A stretch of 64,000 bases of DNA from Octopus sinensis (Eukaryota): positions 15,872,001-15,936,000 of the forward strand of contig NC_043024.1 of NCBI RefSeq assembly GCF_006345805.1. Direction: 5' to 3'. The translations under genes were made by a program, and so were the position numbers. Position 1 is the first letter of the stretch, and each line of letters starts with the position of its first letter. Shown here in pieces: positions 51,368 through 63,935 of this stretch. A model generated the notes under the pieces. That model did not search any database and was not told the DNA's origin. It worked only from the letters and a program-made list of their open reading frames with translations.

Positions 51368-51828
51368 TCATCATTGTTTAACGTTCTCCTTCTATGCTGG
51401 CATGAGTTGGACGGTATGACAGGAGTTGCATCAGACTTTTGTGTCTGTTTTAGGGGGGGGGGCGGTCTTTTACAGTTGCTCTTCCTAACGCTATCAGAGT
51501 GCACTCAGTGCTTTTTATGAGGAGAGGTCAGTTTTGGCTTGGTTTTTACAGCTGGATGCCCTTACAAACGCCAACCACCTTCGTGTGAGAACTGAATGCT
51601 TTTAAGTGGTACTAGCACTGCCAGGGTTACCAAATATCTTGCAAGACAAAGATCCTTTGAGAGGGGAGGGACATTGGAGGAGGTGATCTTGTGTCAGAAG
51701 ACGAAAGGTTAGAGTGTGACAGAGGGACAGAAACAGGTGTCTTGCTGTAGGGGAGGTACAAGTTTACCAGACCAGAGGTGTGTGTGTGTGTGTGTATTCA
51801 TTTTCCACTCAATTTTATTCTTTTCAAG

Positions 51829-51910
51829 GTTGATGAAAACTTCACATCAGCACAAAAGCGGGATTCCACTAATACAGAAAAGTTTCACTTCAGGAAAAAT
51901 ATTCAAAAGG
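51829..51910 (+). CDS. GCLC: GCLC-like copy 2, coding exon 13 (VDENFTSAQKRDSTNTEKFHFRKNIQK)
   Basis: Matches VDENMKVAQKRDA...FYFRK; GTAAGA donor. Confidence 0.93.
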
Positions 51911-53503
51911 GTAAGAATGAAATTTCTTCGAAATTTTCAGAGTAATTATTACTTTATCTTAATTTTGACAAAATATTTATTTCTTTATTGCACACAGGGG
52001 GCTAAACATATAGGGTACAAACAAGGACAGACAAAGGGATTAAGTCGATTACATAGACCCCAGTGCGTAACTGGTACTTAATTTATCGACCCCAAAAGGA
52101 TGAAAGACAAAGTCGACCTCGGCGGAATTTGAATTCAGAACGTTAAGACAGGCGAAATACAGTAACATATTTCGCCCGGTGTGCTAATGTTTCTGCCAGC
52201 TCGCCGCTTTGTTTTTGACTAACTATTGTAATAGGTTAGAAAATGTCAGCCCTTACTGAGTAGAAATATGTTCAAATGAATTCCATTCATGACCAGTCTG
52301 TCTTTTTAAAGATTAATTCCGCTCCATTTATCAATGAATCCTGCCTCATTTCAGTTCGGCGGACGATATCAGGAAGATTTTGGTCGCCATTGCCAGCTTA
52401 TCAAGCGGTTATGTAACGACTCATGGCTGCGAATATTAATTAAGGCTCGATGATAATAAGTTAATTAATACATTTTCCTATTCTTAATCAAATCAAGAAA
52501 CACATCTGAGTAAAAGCTAAGAGCTGCTATGTCAGGGGTGTCACAACCGGAGTGTCACAACACTCTAAGGTGTGACACACAGCATTTAAGGGCGTCCACC
52601 AGAGCTTATATTTTTTTCTATTGGAGCAAAACAAGGAGCGTCATGTACATTAATTGTAAGGTGGAAGGGTGACGGGGCCACGGAAACAGTGGGAATCATT
52701 ACCATTTGTCTCTCACAATATACAAACATGTAAATTTGCATAGTGAAGGTGCGTGGTCGAGTGGTTAAGGTTTTCGGCTGTTGAATCGTAATATCGTGAG
52801 TTCAATTACTGGAGTGGGCAGCACGTTATGTCTTTGAGCACAACACTTCTTTTTACATTGCTCCCGTCTTCTCAGTACCAACCAAATTCTGGTACTGTCT
52901 TTCTCTCTGTCACTCTTTCTCTCTCACCTTCTCTCCAGCTCTCTTGTCCTGGATGTGCCACTGGCTGAAATGGTAAGAGAGTCGAGATCATATCTATGAC
53001 TACTCGCGACTACATAAGCACCTAAAACAATGAGCAAAAGTTTGGTACATGTCATCGAGCCATATTCGTTCGTAGGTGACGGCTGGCTCCACATTTACCT
53101 TATAATAGAAACACTTATTATTGTTGTTATTATGATATGTTTGGCTTTTGCTTTGTATTTGCACAAGTTGACCCCAAGACTCACCCAGAGACCTCAAGGG
53201 ACAAGTTAGAAGTTCAAGTTATGACTAGGGTGTCATATGTTGGGTTTTGAACTGAGTATTGTTCTAAAGAATTCTGTCAAAACAAGTAAATTAAAAGTTT
53301 GTTTTAAAAGTAATTTGATTATAAGATGATAGTTTGATGTTGAGATGACAGTAAAAGGTGTTTGCTGTTATGTACATTTAAAAGTATTTTGGCAGTTTAC
53401 GGATTAAAATGTTTTGGGTATTACATTATTATTATTATTATGTAATAGAAATATTAAAATTACTAAGTCTCTCTAAAAGAGAACAACGGCAGCGTTCCCG
53501 GAA

Positions 53504-53737
53504 AATAATAGTTATCGCCATACTAATATGGCATTCTTATAAAAATAAGAATAAAGCTGTCCGCTTATTAGCTCCATGAGGCCATCGCCTTAAGTTAGCT
53601 ATTGTTCGAAGGTTATATGGATACAGTTTGTGTATCAAATAGCTAACTTAAGGCGATGGCCTCATGGAGCTAATAAGCGGACAGCTTTATTCTTATTTTT
53701 ATAAGAATGCCATATTAGTATGGCGATAACTATTATT
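53504..53737. repeat. Perfect inverted repeat with 100 bp arms and a 34 nt spacer
   Basis: 53504-53603 pairs with 53638-53737. Confidence 0.95.
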
Positions 53738-53754
53738 ATTATTATGATTATTAC

Positions 53755-53800
<46 letters not shown>

Positions 53801-53801
<1 letters not shown>

Positions 53802-54153
53802 TATGTTTGACTTTTGCTTTACATTTGTACAAGTTGGCTCCAAGTCTCACCAAGAGACCTCAAGAGACAACAAGTTCGAAGTTCATGTTGGTATTATGCC
53901 TAGGGTGCCATATATTTGGTTTTGTACATAATGTTGTTCTAGAGAATGTTTAAGAAACCATAAGAAAATTACGTGATTGTTTTAAAACTTGAGATTACAT
54001 AGAAGGTATTTTGCGTAGGATATGAGCAGTTCCCATGAACACTATCTTTTGAATTTCTGCCAATTTGGAATTTCATTAATATCTGAGCTAGGTAGCAATC
54101 AGCCCCTTTTGCTATCATTTCCAGGGCACCTATGACAACAGGTATTGTTTTAG

Positions 54154-54199
<46 letters not shown>

Positions 54200-54561
54200 T
54201 ATGTTTGACTTTTGCTTTACATTTGTACAAGTTGGCTCCAAGTCTCACCAAGAGACCTCAAGAGACAACAAGTTCGAAGTTCATGTTGGTATTATGCCTA
54301 GGGTGCCATATATTTGGTTTTGTACATAATGTTGTTCTAGAGAATGTTTAAGAAACCATAAGAAAATTACGTGATTGTTTTAAAACTTGAGATTACATAG
54401 AAGGTATTTTGCGTAGGATATGAGCAGTTCCCATGAACACTATCTTTTGAATTTCTGCCAATTTGGAATTTCATTAATATCTGAGCTAGGTAGCAATCAG
54501 CCCCTTTTGCTATCATTTCCAGGGCACCTATGACAACAGGTATTGTTTTAGTTTATTATTA

Positions 54562-54597
<36 letters not shown>

Positions 54598-54950
54598 TAT
54601 GTTTGACTTTTGCTTTACATTTGTACAAGTTGGCTCCAAGTCTCACCAAGAGACCTCAAGAGACAACAAGTTCGAAGTTCATGTTGGTATTATGCCTAGG
54701 GTGCCATATATTTGGTTTTGTACATAATGTTGTTCTAGAGAATGTTTAAGAAACCATAAGAAAATTACGTGATTGTTTTAAAACTTGAGATTACATAGAA
54801 GGTATTTTGCGTAGGATATGAGCAGTTCCCATGAACACTATCTTTTGAATTTCTGCCAATTTGGAATTTCATTAATATCTGAGCTAGGTAGCAATCAGCC
54901 CCTTTTGCTATCATTTCCAGGGCACCTATGACAACAGGTATTGTTTTAGT
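53801..54950 (-). mobile_element. Three identical 354 bp 3' stubs of an R4/Dong-like retrotransposon, period 398 bp, separated by (TTA)n
   Basis: Units at 53801, 54199 and 54597; encode the same C-terminus (TIPVVIGALG...LRK) as the 58064 element. Confidence 0.92.
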
Positions 54951-54959
54951 TTATTATTA

Positions 54960-55002
<43 letters not shown>

Positions 55003-55039
55003 CATCATCATCATCATTATTATCATCATCATCATCATC

Positions 55040-57870
55040 ATTATCATTATTATTTTAATGTATGATGCAACCACTTGCCTGGTCACACCTATCATCCTAG
55101 GGCAAGTGAAGGTTAAGAGATATTTGAACATAGCTGAAAGCTTAAGGGGGGAGTGGGGAGGACTCTACAAAAATACATTCATATACAACACAGCACGAAC
55201 ATTTAAGGACTTATCTAAGTATGTGAGCAATACTTGTCGACAAAATATTTTGGATTTCTTTGATATATGGCTGTCTTGGGATGTTCTCTAGATGTTTGGG
55301 ACATCCCTCTTTTATCATACCAAGGACATCTACAATAATAGAAACAGATTTTGATTAAGATGCCACATTGTTTGTATTTCAATTTTCAGGTCCTTATATT
55401 TTCTAAATTTATTAAATCCCTAGACAATTTTTTTTTTTACCAATGAAGACACTTACATCTATCAGTATTTTCTTTACTGTCTTTGGTGAAATAGTCCGAA
55501 ATAGGATGGTATATTGTTTAATCAAATGTGTTGTAGAATCTGCACTTTGGGTCAGTTTTTAAGAGATTCTGGTAAACAAGCTTTGATCTTGTGCCGCCGG
55601 TAACAAGCCTCCAGTCTCTGCTTTCAATACCGACCTCCTCAGCCGCCTATGAGTTGTTGCTTGGTCTACATCAGCATTTTGACTTCGAAGAATATACTGT
55701 CCATGCAAGCCCTTCTGTTTCCATCGCTCCTCTGTTGCTTCCTGTTTTTTAGCAGTCTGTTTAATTCGTTTTACTTTCATGATAGCAGTGGTTTCGGGTT
55801 CTTCGTATAATTCACGCTTAACTTCAAGTTCCCTTGAGAAGTTATACGCTTCCTTGACAATAGAATACGGCTTTCAATAGACAATAGAATATGGTTTTCT
55901 TGCCCAAGCTGAAGCATCCAATCCTCTATACTAGATATGTACCTATTCATCCCTATACAATAATAATAAATGCGCCCTTTTAAAGCCTAGCCAGGCTCAT
56001 GAGCCTGGTTTCCAGATTTCAATGGCGTAAGTGTTCCCCAGCTGGACAGGACGTCAGTCCATCGCAGCGTTACTTATTTTTGCCAGCTGAGTGGACTGGA
56101 GCAACGTGGACTGGAGCTCAAGAACACAACGCGTCGCCCGGTCCAAGAATCGAAACCACAATCTTACGATCATGGTGCTGACACCTTAACCACTCTTTAG
56201 TAGAGGTTTTATAGCAGAGTTCTAATAGCATCATTCCCCTTCCTCCTCCGCTGCTTCTATGTAGGCACAGACTGTCAGTATCTGCCTTAGGGCTGTGCAT
56301 GTTATTAGAGGTCAATAATTTTCTTGTCTTCTTGTTCATGCTTTTGAGTTCCGTAGGATTCCAATTAACGATATTAATTAACTGTACTGGACTGCTTGAA
56401 CTGCCAGGGTGTTAATGGTTTCGATGCGATTTTTAGAGTTAAGTTCAGTACTTTTTTACAATAGGACAAAATTTATATATTATATTATTTACTCTCAAAG
56501 AGTATGACTTTACTGCCCACAAGGGGCTAAACATAGAGGGGATAAATAAGGACAGACGAACGAATTAAGTCGATTCTATCGACCCCAGTGCGTAACTGGT
56601 ACTTATTTAATCGACCCCGAAAGGATGAAAGGCAAAGTCGACCTCGGCGGAATTTGAACTCAGAATGTAACAGCAGACGAAATTCCGCTCAGCATTTCGC
56701 CCGGCGTGCTAACGTTTCTGCCAGCTGTCTTATTCTCCGAGAGTCCTCCACAGTAGCATGATCTATGCCATCTCCTTCATTTATACCCAGGTATTTATAA
56801 GTTTCTTGTGAGTCGAGTTCGTTGATGGCAGTGTCAATATCTAATTTAACGGACGTTGTTTGTCTGAGCTTAACTCTTACAAAAGTTGCGATAGCACACT
56901 TATCGAGGCCAAAGTCCATCTCACTATCATTGCTAAACTCTCTAACAGTTGTTAGCAATTTTCTAATTCTTGGTCATTCATTGCAAAAAGTTTCTTATCG
57001 TCCATGTAAAAAAAGATGGTTTAATATCTTGTTAATACTTTTGTACCCGTATCCGGTGTTGTTCAATTCATTTAAGAGAGGGATCAGCGCCATGCAAAAA
57101 TGTAATGAGTTTCATTGAAAGATGCCACACTTGATGTTGGTGCCATTTATGTGGGCCATCACCAAGTGCTCTCCTTGTACTCTATCCATGCCGTACTTAA
57201 GTTTTTGATTTTACTGCGAAAATTCTCGAAAATCATTCTATTTAAGAGCATCGCCCAAAGGAATTTCTTTAACAACATTTTTGCACTTGTAGAAGAATAG
57301 AGTTCTGTTCAAGGAAAGCGCACATTCTTTCAGTTATTATGATAAATGATAATTATGTGTTATTATGGATATGAGGATCTTGTAGGTAATATTGAGACAT
57401 GTTATTTGTCGGTAGTTCTTAGGGTCGTTTGTATCCTCAGTTTTTGGTAGTAGGTGGTTAGTTTGTTCAGTTACCCAGGCCAGTATTTGCTCTGGGTTCT
57501 GAATGATATCAGTTAGAGATACAGAAAGATTTTCATGAACTTCTGCCAAACAATTCAGCCAGAAGTTAGGAATCCAATCCAATCCTGGGGTTTCGATTTA
57601 TGAAACCTTCTCAGAACTCACTTTGCTCTTCTATTCCTATCGCTTCCCAATTCTCTGTTCTTCAACTTCATCTAATATCTCTTTCCCATGTTCTATCAGG
57701 TCCACTTCAGCACTATACACTTTTTGTTGTTCCATATCTGCTTCCGGAACTCTTCCTCTTCCTCAGTTTTAGGTGGTTCCTTTACCTCTCTATTACTTTT
57801 GTCAAGTCTCTATAAAATTACTTCGCACCTCACACCCGTTTTAAAAGCATACCTTCTAAGCCGTTGGGCT
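55040..57870 (-). mobile_element. Older decayed R4/Dong-like element (RT to endonuclease), interrupted by SINEs at about 55975-56200 and 56510-56727
   Basis: DPKNYRQITCLN, FGLDKCA, TYKYLGI, HSPKADTDSL, GLHGQY and AAQDQ motifs. Confidence 0.85.
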
Positions 57871-58063
57871 ATTGACTGTATATCATCATCATTATCATCA
57901 TCATCATCATCATTGCTATTATTATTATTATTATCATCATTATTATTATTATATGTTTGACGTTTGCCTTGTATTTGTAAAAGTTGATTCCAAGTCTCAC
58001 CCAGAGACCTCAAGAGACAAGTTAGAAGTTCATGTTATCGTTATCGTTATTATTATTATTATT

Positions 58064-59668
58064 CTATGTTTGACTTTTGCTTTATGTCTGTACAAGTTGG
58101 CTCCAAGTCTCACCCAGAGACCTCAAGAGACAACAGGTTGGAAGTTCTGTGCCATATATTTGGGGGTTTTTTTGGTTTTTTTGGTGTTGTACTAGTGAAT
58201 GTCTAATACATAAAAATAAAAGAAAAAAAGAAAAGAAAAGAAAAAAAATAAAAAGAAAAAAAGAAAACAAAATAAAATAAATAAATAAATAAATTTTTAA
58301 AAAGTTTGTTTTAAACCTTGGGATTACATAGAGAGTATTTTGCGTAGGATATGAGCAGTTCCCATGAGCACTATCTTTTGAATTTCTGCCATTTTGGGGT
58401 TTCCTGGTATCTGAGTTAGGTAACAATTAGTCCCTTTCGCTATCATTCCCAGGGCACCTATGACAACAGGTATTGTTTTAGTCTTCAGCTTCCACATTTT
58501 GCTGATTTCTATTTCAAGATCTTTATATTTGCTCAATTTTTGGTAGGTCTTGACAGATACGTTTATATCGATTGGGACAGTCATATCAATGAGGAGGCAT
58601 GTTCTTTGTCTGAAGTCTTTCAATAGGATGTCTGGCCTATTTGCATCTATCTTCCTGTCAGTTTGAATGGTGAAGTTCCAGAGGAGTGAGATGTGGTCAT
58701 TTTCAAGCACTGGGGGTGGTTTGTGTTCCCACCAGTTTTTTTCATGGGGCAAATCCAGGTTTTTGCAAATTACCCAGTCAATATATTGTGCAGCTCTATC
58801 ATGTCTACTGAGGTACTCTGTAGGCGCTAGAAGACTGCATTTGGAGACAACATGATCAATGGTTTCAATTTGTTGTCGGCATACACGACATGTTGGGCTA
58901 CTGCCGTTCTTTAATATGCTGGCCTGGTAGTTTCTTGTTGGTAGGCATTGATCTTGAGCTGCTATGATAAACCCCTCTGTTTCAGATTTTAAGCCAGAGG
59001 CCATTAGCCATTGATGGGTCAGGGCTTTGTCAATATCTGCATTATTCGCTCTCTTTGGGTATTTGCCATAGAGAGGTTTTTCTTGCCATTTATTATTCAG
59101 AATATCTAAGGCCGCAGTTTTGGCACGGGTTTTCATGCACTTAGCTTTTTCTGTGCTTGTTTCTTGTATGTCTATCTCTAATTCCGAAATTGGTTGTATT
59201 CGGAATTCACTTAGATATTCCTTTGCCTGTTTTGTGACTGAGTATGATGCTTTCTTGTTTTGATGTTTTGAGACAAGTTTTAACATCCAGTCCTCAGAGT
59301 TTTTCAGGTAGGTGTCTAGGCCAATTGTAGCAATCTTCATTGTTATTGCCAGTTGTAAAAGACCACGGCCTCCCTCTTTTCTTGGCAGATAGAGTCGTTC
59401 TGTATCTGCCTTAGGGTGGTGCATTCTATGCATTGTCAACAGTTTCCTTATTTTTCTGTCGAGCTGACATATTTCAGTAATTGACCAGTTAACAATATTG
59501 AAACTGTAAGTCACGACTGGTATAGCTAATGCATTGATCGCTTCGATCCTGTTTCTTGCATTCAGCTCTGTCTTGAGTTTATTTCTTGCATTCAGCTCTA
59601 TCTTGAGTTGTTTCTTGCATTCAGCTCTGTCTTGAGTTGTTTCTTGCATTCAGCTCTGTCTTGAGTTT
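58064..59668 (-). mobile_element. 5'-truncated R4/Dong-like REL retrotransposon with an open 441 aa C-terminal ORF
   Basis: ORF 58324-59649: HPKADTERLYLPRKEGGRGL, CRVC...H...C, RHD, NRPDIL...LID...KLSKYKDL; flanked by (TTA)n. Confidence 0.93.
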
Positions 59669-59703
59669 ATTACTATTATTATTATTATTGTTTTAGTCTT
59701 TAG

Positions 59704-59739
<36 letters not shown>

Positions 59740-59944
59740 GAGTGAGAGAGCAGTGCATGCCACCAAAGTGACTCTGAGGTAAAATATACGAAGCCCAGTA
59801 TACCCATCATGATTACTCGTCTGATAAGCGTACACCAGGCACATGCATCACATTATTATTGTTGTTGTTGTTGTTGTTATTATTATCATTATTATTGTTC
59901 TTATTATTATCCTTATTATCGTTGTTGTTATTGCGATCAATTAG

Positions 59945-60015
59945 ACTCTGCTGATTGTGAACCAACTGATGATATTTGCACATTGATGACTATAAATGAA
60001 ATCATGAATGGAAAG
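59945..60015 (+). CDS. GCLC: GCLC-like copy 2, coding exon 14 (SADCEPTDDICTLMTINEIMNGK), paralog of 440-507; the remaining two exons are not seen in the window
   Basis: Clear nucleotide similarity to 440-507, including the flanking tcaattag and gtaaaaaatatt; phase 1 fits exon 13. Confidence 0.9.
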
Positions 60016-61060
60016 GTAAAAAAATATTTCAAATCTTAAAACACATTAATTTTTCTCTCCTGATTTTTTTTTTAAACAATGGATGATATTTAAATCAATT
60101 TTAAACTTATATCTAGCCCAAAGGAGTCTTCTTTTACGATTTTACTTATCTCAGTCATTGGAGTGTGGCTATACCGGAGCACCACCTTGGAAGGTGTAGT
60201 CCAGTAGTCCAGTGGTTATCAAGCATCTTTTAACTAAAGACCTCTTTGATTTTAATTTTATTCTAGTGGACCCTTCATGACCATCCAGTGTCTGAAAGCT
60301 AATTCTATTGATATTCATTTCAAAACTCCTATTTTGTTTTTCATGTATTCGCTTGTATAGGTTTGGCAATGCTACTCTGTGAGAGAAACATGTTAAACTA
60401 TGTTAAAGATTAGAGAAAGAAACCTACCAGTTTCTTACAATAAAAACATCTAAAAGAAAAGTTGGGTTTATTTTGTTTCATAGACCCTTAAAATACAACC
60501 GAAGATCCCCAATTTACTATTTTGCTTCCATAGACCCCCACAAAATCTTATATAGACCTCTGTTGAGAACCACATGTGAAGTCGAACAAATCGCCACCAG
60601 TACTTATTGCTCTCCGTCTGGTACTTATTCTATCGGCCTCTTTTGCCGAACTGCTAAGTTAGGGGACATTAACAAATCAGGAAGTAGTGGGATACAAATA
60701 AACGCACATACATATACATTCGTATACAGCTGGATTTGTAGGGGACAAAAGAGCAACTGTCCTGGTCCCACCAGTATCGGCCCCCACAACACTGATATAA
60801 GTAGTAGGCTCTCTATATTGGGAGTCACCCCTTTCTGGCAGATTTGCATGAAGAGTGCCTCCGCCATTCTATTTCTTAAAAAATCAGTTTTAAAAAATTT
60901 TCAAAAATACATTTTCTCCACTTTAGCGTCACCAGTTACTAAATTCTCTTCCAATCTTTCTGTCTATCTGTCGTCCTCCATTCTCCCTATATCTTTTTCC
61001 TGTCTATCTGTCTATCTCTATTCTCTCTCTTTCTTTCTTTCTCTCTCTCTCTCTCTCTCT

Positions 61061-61170
61061 ATTTTACTCTCACTTATCCTCTCCCACTCTTTCCCTTTCT
61101 TGTTTGTTTACTCTCTTTCTCCTACTTATTCTCCTCTCTCTATCAGTTATCCTCTCTTTATATATATCTA

Positions 61171-61229
<59 letters not shown>

Positions 61230-61337
61230 TTTACTCTCACTTATCCTCTCCCACTCTTTCCCTTTCTTGTTTGTTTACTCTCTTTCTCCTACTTATTCTC
61301 CTCTCTCTATCAGTTATCCTCTCTTTATATATATCTA

Positions 61338-61386
<49 letters not shown>

Positions 61387-61785
61387 TTTACTCTCACTTA
61401 TCCTCTCCCACTCTTTCCCTTTCTTGTTTGTTTACTCTCTTTCTCCTACTTATTCTCCTCTCTCTATCAGTTATCCTCTCTTTATATATATCTATCTGTC
61501 TGTCTCTCTCTCTCTCTATTTTACTCTCACTTATCCTCTCCCACTCTTTCCCTTTCTTGTTTGTTTACTCTCTTTCTCCTACTTATTCTCCTCTCTCTAT
61601 CAGTTATCCTCTCTTTATATATATCTATCTGTCTGTCTCTCTCTCTCTCTATTTTACTCTCACTTATCCTCTCCCACTCTTTCCCTTTCTTGTTTGTTTA
61701 CTCTCTTTCTCCTACTTATTCTCCTCTCTCTATCAGTTATCCTCTCTTTATATATATCTATCTGTCTGTCTCTCTCTCTCTCTCT
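61061..61785. repeat. Pyrimidine-rich minisatellite: five identical ~118 bp cores separated by (CT)n of variable length
   Basis: Unit starts at 61061, 61228, 61385, 61518 and 61651. Confidence 0.95.
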
Positions 61786-63084
61786 TTCTCGCTGTCTTTC
61801 TCCCTCTCCTTTCTGTTTGCTTTGCTATTTCCCACTCTTCCTCTTTCAATGTTTTCTTACTCTCTTCAACTTATTCTCCTTCCATTTCTGTCAATTCACT
61901 ATTTATCCGACTGTCTATCTATGAGTCCTCCCCTCTCTATATATCTATCTTTTTGTTTGTCTGTCTGTCTATTTATCTCTCTCTCTCCCTCTCTTTCTAG
62001 CTCTATCTCTGTCTTTTTCTCTGTCTTTTCGTTTGCATTTCCCTCTTACCCTCTTTCTCCTCCTACAGCCATAACTTCCTCTCTTTCTCTCTTACACTCC
62101 CTCCTCTCCGTCCTGAACATGCTTCACTGCCCGTTCTTTCCTGTCTACTCTAACTATTCCTCTCTCCCTCACAACCTCATAACATTAGAGAGGTTAAACC
62201 ACTTCCCGGGTAAGGTCTTCTCTCTGGTTACGCTTCGTTTCGTCTTTCCTGTGATCGTCGCCATGTCAAATTTAATTAACGCTATGTCCGAATTCTCATT
62301 AATTCATTAAATTAGTACTTTTTTTCACTGGACCCAAAGGTAACCTGAATAGTGTGAACAGAGGGAAGTACAGATATTATGTAAGACAATGCGGTTGCTT
62401 TACCTGTTGGAAATAGCAGCCAGGTTGCCCTCAAATCACTTCTTACTGTCTCTTAGAAAAGATGCATTTGACGGTGTATTTCTAGACGTATTATGTCAGA
62501 AATACAGAATGGCTGGTCAAGCTGAAACATCCTTGATCGTAGGTCTGCTAGCTCAGGAGTGGCCTGGGGCTGAATAATCATATATTTTTATGTACTTTAT
62601 AAAATAGAAATTAAAAATCAGTGGTGGCCTTTCTCCTATAAAAACCAACAATCACCTCAATGTGGTTTGGGGGCGAACCAGAAATTGGGAGAACGATGGC
62701 AACGGTACTTGAATGACAATCTAAATAGTAACTTATATGATATATGGAGGCGCAATGGCCCAGTGGTTAGGGCAGCGGACTCACGGTCCGAGGATCGCGG
62801 TTTCGATTCCCAGACCGGGCGTTGTGTGTGTTTATTGAGCGAAAACACCTAAGGCTCTGCGAGATTCCGGCAGAGGGTGGTGGCGACCCCTGTTGTACTC
62901 TTTCGCCCCAACTTTCTCTCACTCTCTCTTCCTGTTTCTTGAGTAACGCTGCGATGGACTGACGTCCCGTCCAGCTGGTGGTGGGGAATACATACGCCAT
63001 AGAAACCGGGACACCGGGCCTATGAGTCTGGCTAGGCTTGAAAAGGGCAATGAAAAAAACATCTTAAAAGTAAGAAATTTAAAT

Positions 63085-63935
63085 AGAAAAAAATTCCTGT
63101 TTTACAGAAAAAGAGTTTAAGAAAATATTCAAACTTCCAATTTTTCTGAAAAATATTATTGTTATACAGAAAAAGGTTTAATAAAATGTTGAGCATTCAA
63201 AATTTAGAAACTGGAATCGAAAAATAAATGAAATTTAATTGGCATTTTGTTGTCCTTTTTGAAATGCTCACCTCATTATCAAACATATCTTATTTCCAAA
63301 GTGGGGTGGAATACCACCTTTTTTTAACAAATGAAGATTAACTATATAATTTCTTTTGGAAGCATAGGAGAAGGATTTGATGGGATTAAGGACAGAAGGA
63401 GACGTTTAATCGAATAGAAGAGAGAAGCGAAAAAAGAGGGGAGGAGGAGGCAAGAAACATGAAACAATGGTAGGTCCAGGAAGAAGGAAAATGAGTTATT
63501 CGAAGAGGGAAGATGGTGGGAGGTGAATGATGAAATGAAGAGAGAAGGAAAAGAAGGAGGAAAAGAGAAAAAGATAAGAAGAAGAGAAAGAGAGAAGAAG
63601 AATAAAAGAGAGATAGGTCTGAGAAGAAGGATAATCACTCAGATAATGTCCCAGATAAAGAGAAAGGATTGTAAAATGGAATGGGGGAGAGAAAAGAAAG
63701 AGGAGGAAGTGAAGAGATTTTATTGTTAAAACTATTTTTTTTTCAAAAAGTGTAACAAGATGCCAATTAATTTTTTTTATTTTTTCGATTCTAGTTTCTA
63801 ACTTTTGAAGGCTCAAAATTTTATGAAACCTTTTTCTGTAAAACAACAATTTTCTTTTTTTCCTTTTTTTTTTTTTAGAAAAATTTAAAGTATGAACATT
63901 TTGTTAAACCCTTTTTTCTGTAAAACAGAACGTTT
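63085..63935. repeat. Diverged inverted repeat with ~180-200 bp arms around a purine-rich spacer
   Basis: tttagaaactggaatcgaaaaataaatgaaatttaattggcatt pairs with atgccaattaa...ttttcgattctagtttctaa. Confidence 0.65.

Noticed and set aside
53801-54950. Regular repeat-spacer pattern resembling a CRISPR array
   Set aside because: Units are 354 bp retrotransposon ends, spacers are (TTA)n, the context is eukaryotic and no cas genes are present.
60473-62310. Long ORFs of 483, 298 and 347 aa rich in Leu and Ser
   Set aside because: They are translations of the CT-rich minisatellite; stop codons are absent because of base composition, and there is no domain signal.
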